Source: Bigelowiella natans CCMP2755 (lineage: Eukaryota; Protista; Cercozoa). Taken from it: 44,153 nt of DNA. Positions 23,509 to 44,153 of the stretch are shown here, piece by piece. The stretch lies in assembly GCA_000320545.1 (NCBI GenBank), contig ADNK01001192.1:1-44153 (forward strand), read 5' to 3'. Both the position numbers and the translations under genes were made by a program. Position 1 is the first letter of the stretch, and each line of letters begins with the position of its first letter. Under the pieces are notes generated by a model. The model was not told where the DNA came from. It ran no database searches and saw only the letters and a program-made list of their open reading frames with translations.

Positions 23509-25801
23509 GTTCCCTTACTCTCTGTTCCATTTGCAACTCTGATGCAGGTGTAGGATTAGTACATCTAATATTGAAATGTTACTGAGAGGTTATGTGTACC
23601 ACAGTGGTCTATCCTATGGGCAATCGACAAATAACACCTACGACAAAAAATAATTCAAACGGCAAAGGATTAATTCTAGGTTTCGTCAACTATAAGAGTA
23701 ATAAACATGCAAACGTTAGAGTACCTTATAAAACGTAGTATCACAGGGAAGTGATTAATGATCAGGAAAAGCCAAAAAAATACCCAGACGCCATCTGAGA
23801 CCTCACTGGCTTTGTACCTTTTGGCCAAACACAACGAAATTTAAGATCAACACAGTTGCAAAGAGTTTGAAAGGATTTACTTTGATCTATATGTCGGTGA
23901 TCCATTATACCCTCCAACCAGCAGATTTTTCTCTCGGGCGAATTTGGGGATAAAGTGTGGACGTCTTGAGAGATCCATAATTCTTCCGCTCCTTCTCAGA
24001 AATGGGCGTTGGAGTTTTCCAAAAATTTGGTTGTGTTGGTGCCACTTGCCCGATCTTGAATGTTGGTGCACTGAGCACATACTCAAAAGCTAGCACGGAA
24101 CTTTAAGATGTGTATGTCCACTGACTGATCTAGTAGGCGTTGGAGTGTTCCAAATGGGCGTTGATGTGTTCTAAAGATGGCCGGTCTTGACCGTTGGATC
24201 GTTGGTGCACTGAGCACATATTCAAAAAGCTATCGCGGAACTTAGGAGGTACATGTCCACTGATCGATCGCTTCGTGGACGCCCTCGGAAGACCAGAAGA
24301 AAATTCCTCAAATCTGCTCAAAATGTGTTCTTAAATCTTATTCTCTAGTTCTTTTTGTCCGCCTTAGTTGTCGCACCTATCTAAATCACGAGCTTTTGTG
24401 AAGTTTGTTCGGTTTTCTGATGCGAGTGCGAAAGTCAGCAAATTCCTCACTTACGATCAAAGGGCACCATTTAAAATATGCGACAATGTTTGCCATCGAT
24501 TTCTAGGAAAAATCTTGGCCGTTTCCAGAAAGCTGTAGGATACCACCTTTGAACACAATCACAGCACCACTCCCAATCTTCATCACACCAGATGCTAAAG
24601 CTGGGGCGAAGGCGACGGGAGGGCCGGTTGATTGATGGGGATGACGATGCCGGAAAAGATTCGACACACTTTTCCGCAAGTGAAGACAATTTCACTGTGG
24701 AAGAAGAAGAAGAAGAAGAAGAAGTAGGGACCGAGCAGGAGTTGGGTGAGTTGCAGCTGGTTGAACAGCCTGGCAGAGAAAAAATAGGAGTGGAGACGAA
24801 GGAACTCTGTGATGGAAACAGTAATTTGGAATGGAAGGGGAATAATTCATGCGAACGAGGCAGTCGCAAGCGCTGGAGAGCGATGGAATGGAGGGTAAAA
24901 TTAATTTTATTAAGTGTTTTTGCTTGGATAGGGATACAAACAACATAGCAGAATTATTTTGAATTTTGTAAAAATATGCATACAGTCTTCACAGAGCGAT
25001 TATATTTCTGGATATGCGGAGTCTATGGAAGACACAGGAGAGATCAGGGAGCTTGGGACCGAGTTAAATGGTGATCAGTTAAATATCACTGAATCGAAGG
25101 AGGGTGGAGCTCGAGGCATCGATTGGAAGAAAAATGATGCCAAAATTCCACTCTTTAACAAGCGAAATTTAAGGAGGTATTCTTACTCTCAATGTTTGAA
25201 AGCGTTTCTGAGCAGCATGCCTCTGAGCGTAGAATCTTTGTGTTTTTTTTGTGAAAACGTTCTCCGGCGAATATGCTGTTTTGACCACATACTTCCTGCT
25301 TCAGATGTTCCCCTTTCCACAAGCGCAACAGACAAAAGGCTCTGAGGTACGTTGAAAAATAGTTATATGATAACAACGCAACGATCCGTGGATGAAATTG
25401 ATTTTTTATGTTTCTCTTCGCGATTTCTCGAATGATATTCGTAAATTGGACCTGTAGGGTATTAGGTGTGAGTGAAAACGATGTGGAGGTCTCTCTTAGA
25501 TTCTTCATTCCTCGAAGGAGACTGTACGGCTATCATTTTCCCGGTTGAATTGAGAGATGGAGAAGGGAGAGATGCATAGAAAACGCACGAACAAGGGGGG
25601 AGATCAGGAGTCAATATTCAGACAGATTTAATCAAAGGAAAAAACGAACGTCTGCGCCTTCTCACTGACTCTTCTTCCTTCTTTGCAGGAACGCGTTCCA
25701 CTGTCATAATGCAAACCTTAAAGGTTTTATTTCCAGCGGGTCTTGTGAGGGATCTTATCATGGAGTATGATTGTCCGCCAGACGTGGTATTGTTTCGTTA
25801 G
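23379..25801 (+). CDS. Hypothetical protein with an acidic central region; multi-exon, 5' end uncertain
   Basis: Coding-like, splice-bounded segments 24510-24893 (E-rich), 25000-25176, RCSPFHKRNRQKALR|VLGVSENDVEVSLRFF (25305-25540) and a last exon TRSTVIMQTLKVLFPAGLVRDLIMEYDCPPDVVLFR* (25689-25801). Possible first exon MKRSRSPQMKP at 23379. Confidence 0.5.
24001..24270. repeat. Two degenerate ~135-bp tandem units, possibly a mobile-element remnant in an intron
   Basis: Shared blocks ggcgttggagt.ttccaaa, gttggtgcactgagcacata.tcaaaa, cggaactt and atgtccactga at ~24005-24130 and ~24136-24269. Confidence 0.75.
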
Positions 25802-26082
25802 CGCTAGTAGTAGCAGGAACAGGAGAATAGAAGTGCTTTGGCTCATGGAGTCGTTGCTCGTCTACCCCCACTTCGCATCCTTCTTGCACACATTAAGAGA
25901 ATACACCGAATCTTTGATCGGGGCCAACATCGTTTAGGGAAGCGACGCGCAGCCATAGATCAACACATTTCGCGCATCACCGTCGTTACTAAATGTGTTG
26001 TTTTAACATGTGTGTAGAAGCGGTCTTATGTCTCTGGCAAGGCATTGAAGCTACTTGGAACTAAGCCATGTGCTTTAAGCAG

Positions 26083-26134
<52 letters not shown>

Positions 26135-26149
26135 AGCTATGACAAGCAA

Positions 26150-27000
26150 CACGGTTTTTTCTGCGAAATAAAGACGACATTCGTAGATACAGTTTATGGC
26201 AAGTAGTACATAACGAACGATGCAATTTCTCCTCAAGCTGCGCTCCCCATGTTATCACCGCTGGAATTTCTTACAAGCCTTTCGTCCGAGCCCACTGTCG
26301 GCTCATCTGCACTTCTTCTTGACAGATTCTTTTGGTGATTGTGTGTGTTGGGGGGGGACGGATTCAACAGGCAAAAAGCGCTACGAATCCTAGGCGAAAC
26401 CAACCATCAGGTATTTGTATTTGTGCGTCCATGCATATCCCTATATGTGTGTGTGTGGGTGGGCGGGTGGGTGTGGGTGCTGTAAGTGATAACGAAATAG
26501 AGTACATTCACAATACATCAGCAACAGAGAACACACGAAATACCTAAACATGCCGAGCCACCAAGAGAGACGCTTCGTGCAACAATAATTGCTGATATGC
26601 CTGCTACTACCATCATGCCCGTACAGGTTGAGGAGACGAACGCACGGTACCTGGGAAAGTTAGGCGGTTGTGTGAGCTGTGTAAGCCGTAGCGAAGGCTG
26701 GCCCGATATATGCGGGTTCATTGGCATTCATTTAAGTGAGATCTGTGGCTCAAGTAGCACTAGTTTCCGAAGGGGCGGGGCATGGCAAGAGGACAGTAGG
26801 AGGAGAGGAAGGAGAAGCATCTTCTGAACGACGACTCTAGGCATTTACCACCAAAAACAAGGGAGGACATATTGTCACTTGCCATCACCCTTAGACATGC
26901 CTCTCCAACCAATGTGATATAGTCAAATAACAACGATTCAATACTAGTAGCAATTGTGGAATATCCGCCATTCAATTAGCTGGGTTGCAGCTTTACAGCA
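26150..27000 (-). CDS. Possible small hypothetical gene
   Basis: A clean acceptor/donor-bounded segment at ~26544-26651 (ttcccag|...ttag|gtattt) is open in two frames, one hydrophobic (MMVVAGISAIIVARSVSLGGSACLG). No family was recognised and the exon chain was not resolved. Confidence 0.25.
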
Positions 27001-27759
27001 AATCAATATGTCGGCGGGGCGCAAATGCGTAGGGAGATACGGAAAATTTGCCGTTTTTTGTGAAGACAAAGTGAAAGGGAAGCATGCAATGTGTGTGATG
27101 TGCCGAATCGCACTCAATCGAATGGATTGCCGCTGTAAACCAAAGCTCTCCCAACATGTGGGACGGATATAATGAATTGATTATAAATCTTTCCAATGGT
27201 CATCCTAATAATGTAGCTGTGCAAAGCTGCGGCTACAGCACTATTTACGCGTACACATAGCCAACACGCATGTACAACAGACATATGTCTCTTACACGAT
27301 TCATGTCGACAAGATGCACAGACATGTGCGCTACGCTTTTCATTATGTCAAACTGATCCGCCGAGTCACATGTGATTTCGCGACGCGATCTCACGTACGC
27401 AACGCATTGCATATAGCTAGATAGCTAGATAGAAGCACAATACTCTAGTATTGCCTGATGCACGTTCATACCCAAAGAAGTCCTATAAAGATGCTCTCCC
27501 CACTATTTACCGTGAGCTACTCTAGTACTAAGAGTAGTAGCGAAATGAACGCACAATTATAGAACTTCAATTTTGCACGTATATGCCACCACATAGCACG
27601 CACAAACTGCATACATATTTTGGCTTAAATGTGGACACATTCATGTGCCCGACGATCCATCGAAACAGGCGATAGCGCGGGAATTATACATGGCGTAGAC
27701 TTAGCAAGTTATTGTCCCATCACATTTATAATCTTTCAATTTCACACATTGCATGAGAG

Positions 27760-28080
27760 CTACCGTCGGTGTTTCATGTTCTTCTTGGTTTTCGAGCTTC
27801 TTGCCTTCTTTTTGTGCTGAGAAAGCTGATTTTTCCCTTTCTTTACGGCACGCCTTTTTATAATCTTTTTCTTTATTTTCGCTCCTTCGGGATCTGGCTC
27901 GTATATCCCTTGATATTGTTGCCGTTCACAGAAAAAAGAGAAGATTGAGGAGGTGGCAAGCACGGTCAAATTCATAGAAGTTTCAAGAATATTGATCTTC
28001 ATTATTCTTACCAAACGAACCATTTCTACACTGCATACATCATTTCAAACATACTTTCAGAATTCAATTGAATATAAGAT

Positions 28081-28147
<67 letters not shown>

Positions 28148-29655
28148 ACTTGTCTCCAGGTGTCCCGACGATGGAAACAGCAATGTTGCATAAATAGAGT
28201 ATCCTTCCTCCCTAAGTAGTAGAGCCGCCACCAAAGACAAGAAGGAAGTCGGGGAGGAAATCGTTATAGAAAAGCGTAGTAAGAGACTGTACAAATATCG
28301 TTTGTACTCTCTGCATCAGAATTGCTACTTCCTTAGTGCATTTCTACCAGATTGGATAGGTGCTTAACGCGCTCCACAAAGCGCTTTCCTCCCACGCAAC
28401 TGATTCGCCATCCATCGTTGTAATTTGGGGTTTCCCGATGAAAGTGTGGCTTTCTTTTATTGAGTGAGTGAGTGAGTGAGTGAGTGTGGGTGTGTGTGGG
28501 TGTGTGTGGGTGTGTGTGGGTGTTGTGAGTGGAGGCGTGGCAGCAACTGACCCTGGTCTTTACCACCAGCCCTGAATGATATCTCATTGTTGTCGACTTC
28601 TTGCTGGAAGGTGCGTTTTTTCGTATCGTCACCACCATCTTCCATTTTGTCCCTATCCTGTTGGCCAGCCCCCCGATCCTCCTCCTCCTCCTCCTCCTCC
28701 TCCTCCTCCTTCTCCTTTCTCTTCCTCGTTTTGTTTTTATTGCTATGCCCATTCCTCTTTGCTCGATCTATTGACGACGACGACGACGACGACCACGATG
28801 ATGATGGTGGTGGTAATGAAGTAGAGATGTCGCCAAGCTGGAACAATGTAGAGAGCCTCCGAAGGCGCACGAGGCTTTCTTGAGCGTCTCTCATCGGATC
28901 CTACGAGTCGTCGTTGTTGTTGTTGTTGTTGTTGTACAAATTTTAGGTAGTTTGTAAGGATCAACAGACGATGATAATGCAAGAACTTCTTCTTCTTCTT
29001 CTTTTTCCTCTTGTGAATATGAGATGATGACCCCACGGTTTCTTATTGCTCTCTATTCATGACTACATTGCGTTCCGCACCCGCCTACACCGTGGTCATA
29101 GACACACAAGCTACTGATGCTGTTACCGATGTCCAGTGATCCATGTTTGCCTGGGCTATAATATGTCGGTGGGGCCAACTTGGACGCCGCTTATGTTGTT
29201 GTTGTTGTTGTTGCTGCTGCTGTCGTCGGTTGTGCCTTTCTTCTCTCTTTATCCTTCTACGTCCTGCGCTCATTTCCACGCTAGTTCCTACAGCTCTCAG
29301 TATCTTCTTCGTCTTTTGCTTCGAAAGCGGCCATGACGATGAGATGGAGGAGGAGGAGGATGGAGTGAAAGGCGTTGATGGTGCTGCTGCTGCTTCTTCT
29401 GCTGCTGCACGCTGTTTCCGCATGCCCCTCTAAATTACGAATAAGGCGATTCAACTTTGGTGGATTTCGACCATTCAAGCACGCAGTTACTAGGTTAGTT
29501 CACGGTGTCGCTCTATCACTTCGTTACCTTATCGTCGTTGTCCAGTGGCTCGACTTCCATGGGAGATTCCCCTTCTCTTCCCCGCTTCCTTCGATCTTTA
29601 GTGATGCTGCAACAAATCTCCATGGGGGGGCACTCGCTATCTGTGTTCCTGTGGT

Positions 29656-29696
<41 letters not shown>

Positions 29697-30689
29697 TACA
29701 GACACAAACACAAACCATATTTCGTGAAGCATTAACTCGTGCTCTTCTCTTCGGTGGCAAATATTTGTGAAGATTTCAGTCTCGATGTGTATAATGCTAC
29801 TGCTACTCACCCCCCCTCCCCCCTAATCTCTCTCTCTCTCTCTCTCTTTCTCAATCTCGCTACCTCTCAATGGTACAACACACTTAAAACCAGAAAATTG
29901 TAGTTGACGGAGAAGAAAAATAAGACAAAATATATAGACAGGGAAACAAGAAGACAATGCAAAAAAAAGGAAGATGGAGGAGGGAGGAGATATGAAGCAG
30001 AAGTTTCCCACTCCTTTCACTTGTTTTAATTTTCACAGCTACCACTACCTCGTGATGACAACGCCTTTGTAGCCAGTTCCTGCGAGGATAAAGAATGTCG
30101 GGGAGAATAGCCTCGTCGTTCTTAGTCTGAATATGATGATGATGATGAGGAGGAGGATGATGATGATGATAATGTACATAAGAAGAGGGGTTTCAGGATT
30201 TCCATAAGTGGCGGGAGCGATAAGCGGCCGTCGTTTTTGTCGTAGTTGTGGTACGAACAATACAACGGACAACTAGTGAAGGGGTAATTGTACTTATATT
30301 TGTTATTTCTGTTACTGTTGGTGTATATTCAAACGGATTAAACACACACACACACACACACACATACATATACACACGCGCGCGCGCTCTAGTGCATTGA
30401 ACCCTCTCCCTCTCCTCTGCACTCATTGTTCCTACGATTACTACAACTCACCGTGCTTCTGCCTGCACATAGTCATCACAGCTCTCCATCACATCACGGG
30501 CGAGAATGCCGACCGGCCAAGCTTTAGTAGGTAGTAGTAGTAGTAGTAGTAGTAGTAGTAACATTAGCAACAAACAAGTCCCCCCCTCATTAATCACTCA
30601 ATCAACAAAGCAATTATCTGCAATTCCAGGGCATTCATCACGAAATAAATGAGCGAAAGCAAAAAAGGGAGCACGCTAGCCTGCAGATG

Positions 30690-30725
<36 letters not shown>

Positions 30726-32432
30726 GCGATGAGATAAAGCAAAATAATTGCTCCTCTTCTCTCCACCTTATCACAGTTCAAGGTGAAGCTATACATATTG
30801 CCGTTTTCATCGTTATTGATGCCTTTAGGTTCATCATCTTCTCAAAAATCACTATCTATTGAATTCAGCCCTTATATACCGCTATCATCACCATGATCTT
30901 TCGTGGAAAAACGTCGATGGGCCCGAATCTTCGTCTTTGCATCAGTTGCGTTGACAAATTGAGGCGTGTTTTCTTGGCGAAAGTTTATTGCAAGGGCAAA
31001 CTTGCCATGAGGGCTGGCTCCCGTCAGCATACCAACGTAGCCTAAAATGATTTACACACACGAACGAAATCATTTGCACATGCAAATATATCAGTATCTA
31101 TTCGAAATGGGTACATCTAATGTTAGCGTAGGCGTGCAATCAGATCACACAAAATCTGACGAGAACAGAGGACTTATTCCTCGCTACCATTATTCCTCGC
31201 ATCCATCATTCTCCGATGTCAGGATATCTATACCTGCCCACGTCGTTGCATTGTAGAGAGTCTTGCCATTTCGAACAAACGACAGGTTAATGGTAAGATG
31301 CTGTAGCACAGGAAGCTCCCAATCCAGAGTACCTAATCCCACAGTTCCGTTGACTTCATCACACGATTTTTGGAAGTAATATTACCGATTTTTCCCCGTC
31401 ACAATACCGAATTAATTAAGCTCGTGTTGTGCCGCAGATCTAAGTGTTTCTAATGTGTTTCTTACGTGCAAGGCAGATCTCTTGTGTGTTGCTGTCCTTC
31501 AGGGGAGCTAAAATCGCCTAGATTTGCAATAAAGTCATTAAATATATTATAGCTTTGTCTCCCCTAAAAACTGCTACCGTGCCCTCTCAAGCTCCTTCCC
31601 TCTCTCACTTTTTTTGACATAAATCACAAGGCATGTGGCCGTCGCCGCCATTAATATATTCTCATAGTATTGCCACTCACCGTGCAACCCATGTGCATTT
31701 CGTAAGACATATTGAGAGCTAAGAGTTCCCCGAAATCGATTCCCATAATCGTCGCCATCGCCTATGAAACGATAAGGCGTAAGTTAAGTGCCGGATCATG
31801 TGTACACACGCACACAGACATACATGCACATGGGTTAAAGCATCACAAATAAATATGCATTTGACGAATCAAAATGTATGAGATATCCGTGAAACATCAG
31901 ATATGTGATGGCATTAGAACCCTTATCTCGAGCTCGATGTCTCGTCTGCCGATACTCTTTAGCGAGTGCAGCACTGTCGGCGCCATTCCTGCAATCATTG
32001 CCTTCACTTCCTTTGGACCGACGCCGTAACAAGCCTTGACCATTTACATATGTGTTAATGTGTTAATGATGATGAGAACCTAGGATACTATGATGAGTTG
32101 TTAATGATGGTGATGTTGTTGATGATGATGATTAGAGTAATAACTAACCCACATCTTCCTAATGAGATCTGGCGCAACGGATTTATACGCTTCTGCAACC
32201 TGCAGAAACACCAGGTAATTCATCAGCAGCACCTGTGAAGGGAACCTTTGGATTGAAAAATACGGATAGTGATACGTGCCTTGCGCCATCGTGCGTCTGG
32301 TCTGGCGTCCAAATCTATGCTGAAATGGGGTACTTTCGAGAATTTCCTGCAAGAGAGAGGGAGTTGGTTGAAATCATTGACACCTTGGCATGACTTAGAA
32401 AGTGCGATGCACCTTTCTCCGCCCTTGATCAT
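27760..32432 (-). CDS. Acid ceramidase / N-acylethanolamine acid amidase-like Ntn hydrolase
   Basis: Exons 32413-32432, 32280-32346 (VPHFSIDLDARPDARWRK), 32149-32199, 31921-32034, 31681-31761 (GELLALNMSYEMHMGCT; nucleophile Cys codon 31684-31686), 31466-31517, 31234-31332 (RTLDW...TWAG), an exon beginning 31041 (YVGMLTG...FALAINFR), then WPVGILARDVME, LFSPTFFILAG...GVVITR, IIAQANMDHW, 28348-28399 (ALWSALSTYPIW), 28150-28211 (SIYATLLFPSSGHLET) and 27760-27908 (TAG). Confidence 0.92.
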
Positions 32433-33607
32433 GACAGAATTGAGGGAGGTGGCGCCTCCACGTCGGCGCTCGGAGATGAAGCAGAAAGCAGAAAGCTGTC
32501 GGCCCAGCGCTCACTGCAAGCGACAAAAAAACGATGTCGCAGAAGAAAAACGACAACTCTTCGTTCCAAGAAAACGATGTCGCACATAGTAAATGGCATC
32601 ATCGATCATTGCTCGTTAAAGAAGAAGTTCTTGCTCGTACGACGAAAAATGCAAGGCGAACCCCATATTTCGAGCCTATTTCCTAAGTTTTGGACCCGAC
32701 AACATTTCATTGAATGAAAGTGATGTTCGCATGTCGCAGTATGTAAATGAGATCTATTTCATCGCGAAAGTCGGTTACAGGGAATCGGTTGAACTTCCAC
32801 TCGGCCTTGGATACTTCCTGGCCCAACCGAAGCTGCTCCGAGCTGGGCTTCATTCTCCCCTCGACGATAGAGAGTCAGTGGCTCCAATTCCAGCGGGAGG
32901 AGGAAGGCGAGAGGTATGCATTTGCGGATGATCTATCGTTCGAATTGGTGCATTTGTTTCAGGACAATCAATATGAAAATAACTCTCTCAATGTTGTTTG
33001 GTCAGCAGAGTAACGCTCCCTAGAAATGGACGGCACCTCCTCCTCCTCTTCGTCCTCCAATCCATTCCCGGCCGTCGCCTCTTACCTGAAAAATTCAGAA
33101 AGGTGGCACCCTAATCTTCTTATTTACCCTCTCTTTCTCTTTCTCTTTCTCTCGTTCTCTCTGTCGTTAACGCTTGCCAGATAATAATTCCAATCATATG
33201 CAATGTATGCTCAAGCTCTATACAACCGTAGGTTTGACTGCGAGCTGCTAATCACAACATTCCTGGCCTACGATGCTACTGGGATTTTATATAGAGCTAG
33301 TCCAACGCATAGCAATGAAGCACTCCGCTCAAGGCGTACAATGCGTGCGGAAGCTGGAAGGTGTGCATGCATAAGAAAAACAGAGTGGAAACTGGAGAAT
33401 TTTTTCCACACTTATCATGGGGGGTGTGCAGATAGCCTCCATTTATTCGTTGGCAAGCGCATGTGTAATCACACACCAAAGCTTGTGCAACAAACAGTTT
33501 GGGGACATGCTCCTGAGGAAAAAAGATTAAACATTAAAATCTTATTATCTTTCCCCCCTTAAGCTTTCTTCTCAACATCAAACTTTCCTCTCTACTCGAA
33601 TATGTAG

Positions 33608-44153
<10,546 letters not shown>

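Noticed and set aside
23599-23612. CACAGTG, similar to a Transib/RSS terminus, upstream of the 24-kb repeats
   Set aside because: No matching inverted terminus or target-site duplication was found.

Overview
Gene-dense, intron-rich eukaryotic nuclear DNA. Introns are short GT-AG (plus some GC-AG) and packed with microsatellites; the genetic code is standard. The style resembles a protist such as a chlorarachniophyte, but that is only an impression. Hand-spliced genes: a MAP2K/STE7-like kinase with a long N-terminal extension (-, 1136 to ~8640), a 15-exon ZIP-family metal transporter (+, 9926-13585), an Integrator subunit 4 homologue (-, ~14000-22500), one or two hypothetical genes (23.4-27 kb), an acid ceramidase/NAAA-like Ntn hydrolase (-, 27760-32432) and a large HEAT/ARM-like protein (+, 33608 to beyond the window end). 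Most ORFs in the supplied track are microsatellite or antisense artefacts. The most striking observation is a dead, inverted copy of the ceramidase 3' exon-intron-exon at ~9216-9560. In its best-aligned block all 8 TpA dinucleotides of the gene have become CpA or TpG (across the whole copy, three Tyr codons become His/Cys). This is the reverse of fungal RIP and suggests a TpA-targeted mutational or genome-defence process acting on duplicated DNA. Also notable are a ~185-bp near-perfect intronic palindrome and distinctive purine/pyrimidine-alternating intergenic spacers. All alignments were done by eye, with no database searches.
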